Shown here: positions 1-10,991 of the stretch, piece after piece
How positions within the stretch are numbered: the first letter of the stretch is position 1
Layout of the letters: each line of letters begins with the position of its first letter
Assembly: GCA_963667255.1 (NCBI GenBank)
Contig: OY762940.1
Coordinates: 1,312,001 to 1,376,000 of the forward strand
Reading direction: 5' to 3'
Source of the DNA: Candidatus Cloacimonadota bacterium
GTDB taxonomy: Bacteria; Cloacimonadota; Cloacimonadia; G963667145
DNA: 64,000 bases
Notes under the pieces: generated by a model
Database searches by the model: none
Told to the model about the DNA's origin: nothing
What the model saw: only the letters and a program-made list of their open reading frames with translations
Position numbers and translations under genes: made by a program

Positions 1-1296
1 ATTCTCAAATCTGGCAAACATCTTATCCGAAATCGCAATCTGATTGTCCAGTAAATTTGCAAATTTGTCATCCAACTCTGAATTAACATTGAAGTCATCC
101 AAAAGCACTTTGTCCTCTTTGATAACATGTTGCACTCTCGCCTCGGTAATCCCGAAGAAATAATGCCCGAAGAAACTATCTGCATCAAAAGAGGTCATCG
201 GCTCATAATCGGTAATCGCCAAATCAGCCTCTTGTCCCTCGATAACGCCCAAGGGGAAACCGTATTTTTGCTTGATATCGTAAGCATTAAAGAACATAGA
301 AATCATCTCGGGGAATCCCAAATCGGCGTTTCTGCTTTGGAATTTTGTCACAATGGCGGAATTTTTTTGTGCCTTCAGACAGCTCGAGTGCATTCCGTCA
401 GTTCCGGCGGTAATCTTCAACCCTGCATCCACGAGCTCGTTCAGCTTCGCCGCATTAAGTCCATTATTCATATTGGAATCGATAGCTTGACCAATAAAAA
501 TATTCTTGGAAGCTAAAATTTTCAACTCATTCGGAGTCAAATTACTGGCGTGAATTATCAAGGAATTATCGCGAAGCAATCCAAATTGGTCTAATCTCTC
601 CACGAGTGGCTTGCCATAATTCCTCCAAGAATACTCTTGGTCAACTCCACCCTCGGCAACATGGCAATGAATGGGGGCAACCGTTTTTTTCGCCAAATAT
701 TCCAAAGCAGCGTCCGGCAAAGTCAAAAGAGCGTGCATTCCCGTGAGACCTTTCAATTTCGGATTTTTCTCAACCTCTTTGGCAAATCTGGCATTCTCAG
801 CTACAGACTTCTCAAAAAACTCTTGCCCATTGCGAGTGGTAGTCTCGAAAGCCAAACCGCCATTCACACCATAAGCCTCAAAAATTTCGCCCATTTCACT
901 CAAAGAGTTTTCCACATTCCCCGAAATATGATGGTCAAAAACGGTCGTAACTCCAGCTTTGAGCGAATCCCTCATACTCAAAACAGTCGATAATCTCGTT
1001 GATTCCGAATCCAAGGCTTGGTCCAAAAGCCACCACAATTGTGCCAAAGTCCTCTCGAAAGTGCAAAACGGAACTTCGCAAGGAATCCCTTTGGACAAGC
1101 AGGAATAAATATGGTGGTGCGTATTCACCAGCCCTGGCAAAATAACTTGATTGGAGGCATCAATCTCGCGGTCAATAGGCTTAGTCGATTTGAACCTCAC
1201 AATTCCATCTTCCGAATAAATGTCTTTCTTCTCTACCTTCACTTCGCCATTTTCACACGGAGTTATCAGGTAACCACCCTTGATAAAAATATTCAT
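1..1296 (-). CDS. ssnA: SsnA-like metal-dependent amidohydrolase, 3' end beyond window
   Basis: Not in ORF track. Manual translation from ATG 1296: MNIFIKGGYL...ILPGLVNTHHHIYSCLSKG...LWWLLDQALD...GVTTVFDHH...HCHVAEG...TAGTDGM, open to position 1. HxH metal motif and SsnA-like HHHIYS/LWWxLD. Confidence 0.75.
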   Translation of the reverse strand, partial: MNIFIKGGYLITPCENGEVKVEKKDIYSEDGIVRFKSTKPIDREIDASNQVILPGLVNTHHHIYSCLSKGIPCEVPFCTFERTLAQLWWLLDQALDSESTRLSTVLSMRDSLKAGVTTVFDHHISGNVENSLSEMGEIFEAYGVNGGLAFETTTRNGQEFFEKSVAENARFAKEVEKNPKLKGLTGMHALLTLPDAALEYLAKKTVAPIHCHVAEGGVDQEYSWRNYGKPLVERLDQFGLLRDNSLIIHASNLTPNELKILASKNIFIGQAIDSNMNNGLNAAKLNELVDAGLKITAGTDGMHSSCLKAQKNSAIVTKFQSRNADLGFPEMISMFFNAYDIKQKYGFPLGVIEGQEADLAITDYEPMTSFDADSFFGHYFFGITEARVQHVIKEDKVLLDDFNVNSELDDKFANLLDNQIAISDKMFARFEN

Positions 1297-1446
1297 AACA
1301 ACACATCCTTAAAATTTTTTTACTCTCCAATCCGAGAATTCCGCTCAATTTTTGTCAAACCCTATCTATTGTTTTTTGTCCTACTATCCTTGACATTAAT
1401 ACCAAAACAAAAAAATTGCACAGAGATATTTCCAAGGATTTAGAAC

Positions 1447-2403
1447 ATGAAAAAATTTGTAATTTCTCTCGTAATATTGGGGTTTGCTTCTCTTTGGGCT
1501 GAAAAAATCAACGACACCACTTACTCAATTAACGGAGAAACATATATTTATAATCGCCCACGCCTATTCGACTGCATCACAAAAGCCCCGGGAGATGTTT
1601 GGGATTTTGTAAAAGCAGGTGGCAATCCCGATAACTTCGGCTGGATGTATCTGACAGCCTTATCTACCGTAATCTTGGTGCAATGCGACGAAGAAGTCAC
1701 TGCCGAGGGACGCCGTTGGGGAAGAGATTTTGGAATTAGTGATGAAACATCCAACACAATTGGTTTCCCCTTTTTGGAATTACCCAGCGACTTGGCATCA
1801 GGGCTGTATTTTATCGGAGACGGAGCTACTCACCTCAGCATAATGGCAGGATTTTTGACTTACGGATTGTCCGCAAAAGATAACAGAGCCCTGCAAACCG
1901 CATCACAAATCTCGGAAGGAATGATTACCTCGGGATTGTTTACCGTCCAAATATTAAAACATGTAACCGGACGAACTTCCCCTCGCTCAAACCCAGACGA
2001 AAATGGTGTTTATAGAGATAAATGGAGACCACTCCCCAGCCAAGTAGCATATCACAAAAGCGTCTCCCACTACGATGCTTTCCCCTCCGGTCACCTTGCC
2101 ACCTCGATGATGACCTACACTGTCATCACGGAAAACTATCCCGAGTATTTTTGGATTAAACCGTTCGGCATTGCCCTGATGACTGCTCTCTCATTTCAGA
2201 TGATAAACAACGGTGTTCACTGGATTAGCGACTATCCTTTGGCTATTCTAATCGGTCGAGTTTATGGCAAATTGGCGGTTGACAAGGGACGAAAAAGAGT
2301 TAAGTCCAACGGAGAAAGTCAAAATAATGAAGAAAGCAATTTCAGCTTTCTGCCTGCTATTGTCGGCAACGGCTATGGTCTGGCTGCCTCATATACATTC
2401 TAA
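1447..2403 (+). CDS. PAP2-family protein with signal peptide, degenerate catalytic motifs
   Basis: FPSGH intact; C1 KHVTGRTSP; C3 QMINNGVHWISD. Confidence 0.75.
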   Translation: MKKFVISLVILGFASLWAEKINDTTYSINGETYIYNRPRLFDCITKAPGDVWDFVKAGGNPDNFGWMYLTALSTVILVQCDEEVTAEGRRWGRDFGISDETSNTIGFPFLELPSDLASGLYFIGDGATHLSIMAGFLTYGLSAKDNRALQTASQISEGMITSGLFTVQILKHVTGRTSPRSNPDENGVYRDKWRPLPSQVAYHKSVSHYDAFPSGHLATSMMTYTVITENYPEYFWIKPFGIALMTALSFQMINNGVHWISDYPLAILIGRVYGKLAVDKGRKRVKSNGESQNNEESNFSFLPAIVGNGYGLAASYTF

Positions 2404-2945
2404 TGAAAATGAAAAAAATTATCCTACTTCTAATGCTTATTTTGTTTAGCACATTTTCGTTCGGATTAAATACAAAAGATTATGAAAATGCCGGAGATAT
2501 TATTCAGATTGCACTTCCTATCTCAGCGGCAACAGGAAGCATTCTTTATGGAGATTACGAAGGACTAAAGCAATTCGCTTACTCTTTTTCCTCAACACTG
2601 GCGACTACATACGCCCTGAAATACAGCATCAGTCGAGAACGCCCCGATGGAGCAGACGACCATTCATTCCCCTCAGGACACACATCCGCATCGTTTTCCG
2701 CCGCATCCTACATCCAAATGAGATACAACTGGTATCTTGGTGCTCCAGCGTATCTTTTGGCTTCATTCGTGGGATATTCCAGAGTCAGAGCGGACAGACA
2801 CTATCAGTCCGATGTCTACGCAGGAGCTGCCATAGCTACCGCTTTCAGTTATCTTTTTACGACCAAATTCTCAAAGAAAAATTTTAGCATCACCCCAACT
2901 GTTAGTTACGAAACATGGGGATTGCGAATAGCTTACAAGTTTTGA
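2403..2945 (+). CDS. PAP2-family phosphatase
   Basis: KYSISRERP, FPSGH, SRVRADRHYQSD. Confidence 0.85.
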   Translation: MKMKKIILLLMLILFSTFSFGLNTKDYENAGDIIQIALPISAATGSILYGDYEGLKQFAYSFSSTLATTYALKYSISRERPDGADDHSFPSGHTSASFSAASYIQMRYNWYLGAPAYLLASFVGYSRVRADRHYQSDVYAGAAIATAFSYLFTTKFSKKNFSITPTVSYETWGLRIAYKF

Positions 2946-3719
2946 TTAAAGCCCTTTCTTTTTAGCTTCTTGCCAAAAATCTTCCATCTCTTGCACAGTG
3001 GAATCTGAAAAGTTTTTGCTTCTGATTTTGAATTGCTCTTCTATGTATCCAAATCTATTTTTGAATTTGCTACAAGCCAACCGCAAACTGCTTTCCGAAT
3101 CAATTTTGTGATGATTGGCAAAACTTACCAAAGCAAACAACAAGTCGCCAAACTCCTCTTGAGATTGTTCCGCATTTTTGGCAGAAATCGCTTGCTGTAA
3201 CTCGGAAAACTCCTCGGTTACCTTGTCCAAAATTGTCTCAGCAGAGTCCCAACGAAACCCCAATGCATCCGCTTTCTCCTGCATCCTACTGGCAATAATC
3301 AGCGACGGCATACCGTTAGGGATACCATCCAAAACAGACTTCCGTTCCTTTTTTTCCAAGCGTTTAACCGACTCCCAACTATGCTTAGCCTCTCTTCCGC
3401 TATTAGCCTTCATCTCACCAAAAACATGAGGATGCCGCCTTATCAATTTGTCGTTAAGCTGATTAATCACATCTTTTATATCGAAATCTTTGTTTTCGTC
3501 GGCGATTTGTGCCTGAAACAAAATATGCAGTAGCACATCCCCCAACTCTTCTTTCAAATTGGCAATATCTTTTTTTTCGATAGCCTCTACCGCTTCATAA
3601 ACCTCTTCGATAAAATTGGGAATCAAGCTCTCGCTGGTTTGCTCGGAATCCCACGGACAACCGGAAACCTTATCCCGCAGGGCATTCACAACTTGCACAA
3701 GTTCATCAAACTCTTTCAT
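2946..3719 (-). CDS. mazG: Nucleoside triphosphate pyrophosphohydrolase MazG
   Basis: GCPWD..QT, EEVYE, EELGDVLL, KLIRRHPHVF, second EEFGDLLF. Confidence 0.95.
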   Translation of the reverse strand: MKEFDELVQVVNALRDKVSGCPWDSEQTSESLIPNFIEEVYEAVEAIEKKDIANLKEELGDVLLHILFQAQIADENKDFDIKDVINQLNDKLIRRHPHVFGEMKANSGREAKHSWESVKRLEKKERKSVLDGIPNGMPSLIIASRMQEKADALGFRWDSAETILDKVTEEFSELQQAISAKNAEQSQEEFGDLLFALVSFANHHKIDSESSLRLACSKFKNRFGYIEEQFKIRSKNFSDSTVQEMEDFWQEAKKKGL

Positions 3720-3727
3720 CTTCCGCC

Positions 3728-5026
3728 TTAAGGATTAATCCTGTAAATCATTCTCGGAAAAGGTATCGTCTCGCGGATATGAATAGTCCCGCAAATCCAA
3801 GCAACAAAGCGTTCCAAACCGATACCGAAACCGCTATGAGGGACAGACCCGTATTTTCGCAAATCCAAATACCAACTATATTCGTCCATCGGCATCTTCT
3901 CGGCTTCCATTTTGGCTTTCAGCACTTCATAATCGACCTCTCTTTCAGAACCGCCGATAATCTCGCCGAAACCTCCGGGAGCCAACAAATCACTACCCAA
4001 GACCAACTCGGGATTGTTCGGGTCTCGCTTCATATAAAAAGATTTGATTTCTGCAGGCCACTTCTCGATGAACACGGGAACTTCGCTCCCCTCTGTGATG
4101 GCAGCCTCTTCTTTCGCTCCAAAATCTTCATTATAATCAATCTCAAACCCTTTTGATTTCAGCAAATCTATTGCTTGCCTGTGGGTCATGCGTTTAAACT
4201 CTCCACAAGCGGCTTTGAGCCTTGCTGTATCGCTTTCCAAAACTTCCAAATCTTTTTGATTCTTCTCCAAGACTTCGTGAATAACCGACTTTATCAAAGC
4301 CTCCTGAATATCCATGCTCTGATTGTGGTCAACAAAAGCCGCCTCGGCATCCATCATCCAAAACTCCGTCAAATGCTTACGAGTCTTGGATTTTTCCGCC
4401 CTAAAAACTGGACCGAAATCGTAAACTCTGCCAAGAGCCATAATGCCCGACTCCAAATAGAGCTGACCGCTCTGAGAAAGATAAGCGTTGCCCAAATCGA
4501 AATAAGGAACCTCAAACAAAGTCGTCGTCCCCTCACACGCATTCGGCGTCAAAATAGGGGAATCAAAACGGAAATAGTTTTGCGAGTTTAGGTAATTGCA
4601 AATGCCAAAATACACAGTGTGCCTTATTTTTTGCATAGCTATTTGCTTGCGAGACCGAAGCCACAGATGCCTATTCGACAGCAAAAAATCCGGTCCATGC
4701 TCTTTTTTCCCGATAGGATAATCGACACTCTCGCCGACAATCTTCACATCTTTGAGATGAAATTCCACTTCGTCCTCGAACTTCGGATGAACCAGCGGTG
4801 TCCCTATCAACTCAACGGAAGTTTCCAAACTCAGAGATTTTACTCTTTCAAAAGCGTCCTCATCCATATCGGGTTTGCTCGCCACAGCCTGCAACTCTCC
4901 AAGTCCGTCTCTAAAAATAATAAACCGCAATTTACTGCTTGCTTTTCGCGTATTGCGAATCCAACCCTGCAAACAAATCTCTTTGCCCAAAAACTCTTTT
5001 ATCTTATTAGTTGTCGTATATTGCAT
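3728..5026 (-). CDS. asnS: Asparagine--tRNA ligase
   Basis: QSGQLYLE, FRAEKSKTRKHLTEFWM, EIIGGSERE, PHSGFGIGLER. Confidence 0.93.
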   Translation of the reverse strand: MQYTTTNKIKEFLGKEICLQGWIRNTRKASSKLRFIIFRDGLGELQAVASKPDMDEDAFERVKSLSLETSVELIGTPLVHPKFEDEVEFHLKDVKIVGESVDYPIGKKEHGPDFLLSNRHLWLRSRKQIAMQKIRHTVYFGICNYLNSQNYFRFDSPILTPNACEGTTTLFEVPYFDLGNAYLSQSGQLYLESGIMALGRVYDFGPVFRAEKSKTRKHLTEFWMMDAEAAFVDHNQSMDIQEALIKSVIHEVLEKNQKDLEVLESDTARLKAACGEFKRMTHRQAIDLLKSKGFEIDYNEDFGAKEEAAITEGSEVPVFIEKWPAEIKSFYMKRDPNNPELVLGSDLLAPGGFGEIIGGSEREVDYEVLKAKMEAEKMPMDEYSWYLDLRKYGSVPHSGFGIGLERFVAWICGTIHIRETIPFPRMIYRINP

Positions 5027-5119
5027 CTTTCACAACCCCTTACCTACTAAATTTTTGCTAAACAAAACCGCAAAGGTTAATTGTCAAGCACGAAAAACAT
5101 CTTCTCTTCTCCCAAAAAA

Positions 5120-6043
5120 TCATTCGGGAAACAAAAATCTTATTTTCGATTTTTCATCAAAAAATTTGGGGAACTGAATCACAAAAAGTCCAACAAGCAC
5201 CAAAAACACTCCCAATATCTTTTGCCAAGTGATAGACTCTCCCAACATAAAATACGAGCCTATCATCGTTACCACTGGCATCAAATTCAAAAAGGAGTTC
5301 GTCGCAACCGCTCCCATCTCCTTGATAAGATAGTTGTAACCCAAAAATCCCAAAATAGTCTCAAAAATTACCAAAAAAACAATTCCTTCCACAGCTTTCG
5401 GAACGATTTGGATTTGAGAAAGTTCGGGTAAATCGAAAATCAAAAAAAATGGCAAAAAATAAAGTGAGGCTATCAAAAATTGGTCTCTTACCAACTGCAT
5501 AACGGGAAAATCTGCCGATAAATTTTGCAAAATCACCACATATATCAGCGAACTCAGCACTGCACAAAACAACAGCGAAAACCCCAAAACAGAACCTGAG
5601 CCCAAATCGGATGAGACCACCGTAAAAATCACTCCCACAAAAGAAAAAGAGAGCCCGAGGAAAACACCTTTTTTCACGGGATAGCCAAAAACCAATCTCC
5701 CCATCAGCGGGGTAAACAGAGGAATTGTGGCGATAATGATGCAAGTGAGCGTAGCGGAAACATACTTCAGTGCAAAACCTTCGCCCAAGAAAAACAAGAA
5801 AGGGTCACAAAAAACGAGCAAAAGCAACTGTTTAAATTTCAATTTGGTATATTTAGCTTTAATCCCTTTTATCTTCATCAAGACTGTCAAAACCAACGCA
5901 CCCAATATAAACTTCGTAATCACAACCGTGAATACGCCAAAGCTGAGATAGCTCATCTTATACCAAATATAACCTATCCCCCAGCAGAGCATCACAAAAA
6001 AAGCAACACCCAAACTCCAAATCTGTCTTCCCATTTTCCCCAC
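5120..6043 (-). CDS. DMT/EamA-family transporter
   Basis: About 10 hydrophobic segments, two EamA-like repeats, LGESIT...ILG. Confidence 0.85.
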   Translation of the reverse strand: MGKMGRQIWSLGVAFFVMLCWGIGYIWYKMSYLSFGVFTVVITKFILGALVLTVLMKIKGIKAKYTKLKFKQLLLLVFCDPFLFFLGEGFALKYVSATLTCIIIATIPLFTPLMGRLVFGYPVKKGVFLGLSFSFVGVIFTVVSSDLGSGSVLGFSLLFCAVLSSLIYVVILQNLSADFPVMQLVRDQFLIASLYFLPFFLIFDLPELSQIQIVPKAVEGIVFLVIFETILGFLGYNYLIKEMGAVATNSFLNLMPVVTMIGSYFMLGESITWQKILGVFLVLVGLFVIQFPKFFDEKSKIRFLFPE

Positions 6044-6054
6044 TCTTTTTCATA

Positions 6055-6094
6055 TAAAAAAGTTGTAGGCTAATCTTATTAGCCATACAACTTT
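6055..6094 (-). terminator. Intrinsic terminator after argG
   Basis: AAGTTGTAGGCTAA/TTAGCCATACAACTT stem, U-tract on minus strand. Confidence 0.7.
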
Positions 6095-6107
6095 ATTTTC
6101 TTATAAT

Positions 6108-7304
6108 CTATTTTCTCTTGCTCAGAGCTTTAACCTTCATTTGCAATCCGAAAAGATTGATGAACCCTTCGGCATCGGCTTGATTGTAAACCGAATCTTC
6201 CTCAAAAGTTACCAACTCCTCATCATACAAAGAGGTTGGAGAACTCATACCAGCTATGGTGCAATTCCCCTTATACAGCTTCAATCTGACAACACCGTTG
6301 ACATCTTCCTGAGTTTTTTTCACAAATTCTGACAACGATTCACGCAGAACACTATACCACTTTCCGTTGTAAACAAGCTCCGCAAATCTCACGGAAAGCA
6401 TCTCTTTGAAATGCAAAGTGTCTCTATCGAGTGTCAAATATTCCAACTCCTGATGAGCGGTAACCAAAACTCTTCCGGCAGGATTTTCGTAAACGCCACG
6501 AGATTTCATTCCCACCAAGCGATTTTCCACCAAATCATCTATTCCCACACCATTAGCACCGGCAACTTTGTTCAAATACTCCACAATTGCCAATGGCTTC
6601 ATCTTTTTGCCATCTACGGCAATAGGCAACCCTTTGGCAAACTCTATCTCAACATAAGTAGGTTTGTCCGGTGCTGCACTCGGCGGAGTAACCATCATGT
6701 AGATATTGTCCATCGGCTCATTTTTGGGACTCTCCAAATCGGAACCCTCATGCGATAAATGCCACACATTTCTGTCCATGCTATATGGTTTCTCTTGGGA
6801 AACAGCAATCTTAATTCCTCTCTCATTTGCATAATTATACGCATCTTGACGAGAACGGATAGTCCAAATTCTCCAAGGAGCGATGATTTTCATCTCAGGA
6901 GCCAGTGCCTTAATGGTAAGCTCAAACCTCACTTGGTCATTACCCTTACCGGTGCATCCGTGAGCAATATATTCCGCACCTTCTTGTTTGGCAATCTTCA
7001 CCAAAGCCTTGGCAATAACAGGTCTTGCCATAGAAGTTCCCAAAAGATATTTCCGCTCATAGATAGCACCCGAAGCCAAAGTAGGCCAAACAAAATCTTC
7101 GATAAATTCGTCTTTCAAATCTTCCACAAAAATCTTGCTCGCACCAGATTTGATAGCTTTCTCTTCCAGCCCGTCCAACTCTTCTGCACCTTGTCCGACA
7201 TCTGCAGCCACAGCTATGACTTCGGCATCTTTATAATTTTCTTTTAACCAGGGAATGATAACTGATGTGTCCAATCCACCGGAATAAGCCAAAACAATTT
7301 TCAT
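6108..7304 (-). CDS. argG: Argininosuccinate synthase
   Basis: [32 protein letters not shown]. Confidence 0.97.
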   Translation of the reverse strand: MKIVLAYSGGLDTSVIIPWLKENYKDAEVIAVAADVGQGAEELDGLEEKAIKSGASKIFVEDLKDEFIEDFVWPTLASGAIYERKYLLGTSMARPVIAKALVKIAKQEGAEYIAHGCTGKGNDQVRFELTIKALAPEMKIIAPWRIWTIRSRQDAYNYANERGIKIAVSQEKPYSMDRNVWHLSHEGSDLESPKNEPMDNIYMMVTPPSAAPDKPTYVEIEFAKGLPIAVDGKKMKPLAIVEYLNKVAGANGVGIDDLVENRLVGMKSRGVYENPAGRVLVTAHQELEYLTLDRDTLHFKEMLSVRFAELVYNGKWYSVLRESLSEFVKKTQEDVNGVVRLKLYKGNCTIAGMSSPTSLYDEELVTFEEDSVYNQADAEGFINLFGLQMKVKALSKRK

Positions 7305-7326
7305 AATCTCTCCTACTATCCTCTTT

Positions 7327-8208
7327 TTATTTATTATCCATTTTTATCATCGTTCCTATGCCCTTGTCCGTAAAAATCTCCAACAGCATAGAGTGTTCCA
7401 TTCTTCCATCGATAATATGCACCTGTCCAACTCCGCCATTCAGTGCCCTCGTGCAACATTCAACCTTGGGCAACATACCACCGGAAATCGCACCCGATTT
7501 TATCATTTTGTCAATCATAGCAGGTGTCAATCGCGACACTTTTTCATCGCCATCATAAACACCCTCAACATCAGTCAGGAGCAAAAATTTATCCGCATTC
7601 AGAGCAGAAGCAACCTCAGCCGCAGCTGTGTCAGCATTTATATTATAAGAATTTTGCTCATCATCAACGCCAATCGGAGCCACAACCACTATAAAATCAT
7701 CGTCCAACAAATTTTGCAAAACCTTCGTTTTCACGCTCGTTATCTCACCAACAAATCCCAAATCCACATTTTTACCATTGACAGACATCTCTTTCTTTTT
7801 CGCCTTGATAAAGCTATCATCCTTGCCCGACAAACCTATAGCCGAACCTCCGTGAAAATTCAATCCCGCAACAATCTCCTTGTTCACTTTTCCGGACAAC
7901 ACCATCTCCACCACCTCCATAGCATCCTTTGTCGTCTTCCGCAGACCATTAACAAATTCACTCTCAATCTGCATCTTATCCAAATAATCGGCAATATCAG
8001 GACCACCTCCATGCACCACCACCACTCGCATTCCCACAAATCGCATCAAAACCAAATCCATAATAACCGCCTCTTTGGCTTGGCGGTCAACCATCGCATT
8101 TCCACCATATTTCACCACTACGGTTTTCCCTCTAAATCGCTTGATATACGGCAAAGCCTCCACCAAGGTTTCTGCTTTTCGTTTGGCTACTTTCAGTTCC
8201 ATTTCCAA
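7327..8208 (-). CDS. argB: Acetylglutamate kinase
   Basis: [30 protein letters not shown]. Confidence 0.96.
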   Translation of the reverse strand: MEMELKVAKRKAETLVEALPYIKRFRGKTVVVKYGGNAMVDRQAKEAVIMDLVLMRFVGMRVVVVHGGGPDIADYLDKMQIESEFVNGLRKTTKDAMEVVEMVLSGKVNKEIVAGLNFHGGSAIGLSGKDDSFIKAKKKEMSVNGKNVDLGFVGEITSVKTKVLQNLLDDDFIVVVAPIGVDDEQNSYNINADTAAAEVASALNADKFLLLTDVEGVYDGDEKVSRLTPAMIDKMIKSGAISGGMLPKVECCTRALNGGVGQVHIIDGRMEHSMLLEIFTDKGIGTMIKMDNK

Positions 8209-8216
8209 TATCCTAA

Positions 8217-8642
8217 CTATTTCAATTCGTTTATTATACTGCTTTTCGTTCCATTCGGTCGATAGACAAGAGCTCTCTGTTCATCCAATTGCACTCCGAA
8301 ACCTTTCTTCTCAAAAATATTCGGTCGATTAGTGATAGTCAAAACCTCATAAACACCTTTCTCTTGAGCTACTTCCAAACATTTTTGCAACAATTCGCTA
8401 GCCAACCCTTTGCCTTGATATTCAGGCAAGACAGCCATCGAGCGAATTTCCGCAAGTTTAGCGTTATATACAGCCAAAGCACAACAGGCAACTACTTCGC
8501 CGTTTACTTCCTCCACCCAAAATTCATCCAAGCACTCTCGCAAATCGTCTCTATCCCGCAAAAGCAAATTCCCGTGCTCACTCGCCAATCTAATGAGCTT
8601 ATACAACCCCTCGATGTCCGCACTAATCGCTTTTCTTATCAT
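8217..8642 (-). CDS. GNAT N-acetyltransferase, short ArgA-type glutamate acetyltransferase
   Basis: LLLR, LAEIRSMAVLPEYQGKGLA; lies between argJ and argB. Confidence 0.75.
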   Translation of the reverse strand: MIRKAISADIEGLYKLIRLASEHGNLLLRDRDDLRECLDEFWVEEVNGEVVACCALAVYNAKLAEIRSMAVLPEYQGKGLASELLQKCLEVAQEKGVYEVLTITNRPNIFEKKGFGVQLDEQRALVYRPNGTKSSIINELK

Positions 8643-8646
8643 AATC

Positions 8647-9864
8647 CTAAGACCTGTAATCGGCGTTTATTTTTATGTAATCGTAACTCAAATCGCAACA
8701 CCAAGCTGTAGCTGTTGCCTCGCCATTCATCAATTCCACGGAAATTTCAATCTCTTTTTCGCTCAAGATTTTTTTTGCCTCATCCTCATCAAAGTTCACA
8801 CCTCTGCCCTTCACAGCCATAACAATCTTGCCGGCATCAGAACTGAAAGAGATACAAACTCTATTCGGATCAAACTCTGCTCCAGAATACCCGACAGCAG
8901 CCAAAATTCTGCCCCAATTGGCATCCTCTCCAAAAATCGCCGTCTTCACCAAATTAGAGCCGCAAACACTTTTAGCTATAATTTTGGCATCAGCTTCGCT
9001 CTTTGCTCCACTAACATTGACCGTTACCAACTTCCCTGCTCCCTCACCGTCAGCAGCTATCTGTTTGCCCAAGTCGACACAAACAGCCAGCAAATTTTTA
9101 TAAAAAATACGATATTCATCTGAATTCTCATCGGCAATTAAATCGTTTCCGGCACGACCATTCGCCAAAAGCAAAACAGTATCATTCGTGGAAGTGTCGC
9201 CATCGACGGTCACCATATTAAAAGACAACTCCGTAGCATCGCTCAACGCCTTTTGCAACAACCGTTTTTCAATATTAATATCAGTAGTTATTACCGACAA
9301 CATCGTTCCCATATTCGGATGAATCATCCCCGAACCTTTGGCGACAGAGCCGATTTTGACCTTCTTCTCGTTTAGAATAAAATCAACACCCGCTTGCTTA
9401 GATTTAGTGTCCGTTGTCATCATCGCCTTTGCCAAAAGCAAGCCGTTTTCAGCACTCAAATTTTTGGAAACAACCTCTATCCCCGATAAAATCTTATCCA
9501 TCGGTAAACGATAGCCAATCACGCCCGTGGAAAGAACCATTATTTGAGCAGCAGGGACATTCATCTCTTTGCCAAAAGTTTTAGCCTCAATTCCCACATC
9601 TGCCAATCCATTCTCTCCTGTGCAAGCGTTGGCATTCCCACTATTGACGACCACACCTCTGGTCACAGAGCCGTTAAGAGCAGCTTTGCAATAGACAACA
9701 GGAGCTGCCATCACTTTGTTCTTGGTAAAAACTCCCGCACAAACACAGTCTGTCTCGGAAAAAACCGCTCCCAAGTCGTAACCCTCTTTTTTCAGCCCTG
9801 CACTCACAGCTCCGGCAATAAACCCTTGCGGATAACAAACACCCAACGGCTTAATCTCATTCAT
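8647..9864 (-). CDS. argJ: Ornithine acetyltransferase ArgJ
   Basis: NSGNANACTG, MMTTDT, KGSGMIHPNMGTML, DGDTSTND, DGEGA. Confidence 0.96.
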   Translation of the reverse strand: MNEIKPLGVCYPQGFIAGAVSAGLKKEGYDLGAVFSETDCVCAGVFTKNKVMAAPVVYCKAALNGSVTRGVVVNSGNANACTGENGLADVGIEAKTFGKEMNVPAAQIMVLSTGVIGYRLPMDKILSGIEVVSKNLSAENGLLLAKAMMTTDTKSKQAGVDFILNEKKVKIGSVAKGSGMIHPNMGTMLSVITTDINIEKRLLQKALSDATELSFNMVTVDGDTSTNDTVLLLANGRAGNDLIADENSDEYRIFYKNLLAVCVDLGKQIAADGEGAGKLVTVNVSGAKSEADAKIIAKSVCGSNLVKTAIFGEDANWGRILAAVGYSGAEFDPNRVCISFSSDAGKIVMAVKGRGVNFDEDEAKKILSEKEIEISVELMNGEATATAWCCDLSYDYIKINADYRS

Positions 9865-10905
9865 CTAAACTCCCGTTCCAAATCCTGAAAGTCCAGTATT
9901 CTCAGCAAAACCGCACATAATATTCATATTCTGCACAGCTTGACCGGCAGCACCTTTCACAAGGTTATCAATAACACTCACAACTATCAATCTCCCCACT
10001 CTCTCATCCAAAAAGATGTTCAAATGGCACTCATTACTTCCCACCACATTCTTAATCTCTGGCAATTCGCCTTCGTTCAAAACCTTCACAAACTCAGCAC
10101 CTGCATAATATTCTCTATAAATCTCTCGCAACTCTTCCGAATCGATTTTCTCTATCAAATCCAAATAGATAGTCGACAAAATTCCTCTTTTCACAGGCAA
10201 CAAATGTGGCGTAAAACTCACCAATACCTCTTGTCCACAAAGTTTGCCAATCTCTTGCTCTATCTCCGGAGTATGCCTATGAGATGCAATCTTGTAAGCC
10301 TTGAAATTCTCATCCTGTTCGCAAAAATGGCTACCGATAGACAGCCCTCTGCCAGCACCACTAACGCCGGATTTGCTATCAATGATAATACTGGTTGGGT
10401 CAACAATTTGCTTATCCATTATAGGTGCCAACGCCAACAAAACACTGGTGGGATAGCACCCGGGATTTGCCACCAAATTCACATTCCTAAGATTCTTCTT
10501 ATGTATCTCCGGAATATTATACTCAGCCTCATCAAGCAAAGACTCCACTTCGTATTCCTTGCCATACCACTTCTCATAATCGTCTATACTATCCAATCTG
10601 AAGTCAGCACCCAAATCCACAACTCTTACACCATTTCCAACCAATTCCGAAGCGATAGCTTGAGCGGGACCAGTAGGCAAAGCTATAAATACCAAGTCGC
10701 TATTTTGAGCAAGCTCGTTCGTATCCAGCTCTTTGCACTCCATATCCAATTTTCCACGAAACGCAGGATAAATCTCAGAAAATTTTTGCCCAACATAACT
10801 TTTCGATACCAAATCCACCAACTCAACTTCCGGATGATAATACAAAATTTTCGCCAACTCAACACCGGAATAACCGGTAGCACCCACTATAGATACTCTC
10901 AACAT
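9865..10905 (-). CDS. argC: N-acetyl-gamma-glutamyl-phosphate reductase
   Basis: GATGYSG, ANPGCYPT, SGVSGAG, HRHTPEI, DNLVKGAAGQA. Confidence 0.96.
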   Translation of the reverse strand: MLRVSIVGATGYSGVELAKILYYHPEVELVDLVSKSYVGQKFSEIYPAFRGKLDMECKELDTNELAQNSDLVFIALPTGPAQAIASELVGNGVRVVDLGADFRLDSIDDYEKWYGKEYEVESLLDEAEYNIPEIHKKNLRNVNLVANPGCYPTSVLLALAPIMDKQIVDPTSIIIDSKSGVSGAGRGLSIGSHFCEQDENFKAYKIASHRHTPEIEQEIGKLCGQEVLVSFTPHLLPVKRGILSTIYLDLIEKIDSEELREIYREYYAGAEFVKVLNEGELPEIKNVVGSNECHLNIFLDERVGRLIVVSVIDNLVKGAAGQAVQNMNIMCGFAENTGLSGFGTGV

Positions 10906-10931
10906 CTATTTCTCCTTAATTGATTTAGTGC

Positions 10932-10968
10932 AAAAAAGCTACCCCGCCTTTTCAAAAAGTGAGGTAGC
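10932..10968 (-). terminator. Intrinsic terminator after atpG
   Basis: GCTACC...GGTAGC hairpin with U-tract on minus strand. Confidence 0.6.
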
Positions 10969-10991
10969 CAAATTATTTTATCTCTTCAAGT

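Noticed and set aside
127..1443. Plus-strand ORFs at the window start
   Set aside because: Antisense shadows of the SsnA-like gene.
8217..9864. argJ together with a short ArgA-like GNAT
   Set aside because: A known, common arrangement.
10906..10935. Possible ARG box before argC
   Set aside because: TGATTTAGTGCA has the wrong half-site spacing.
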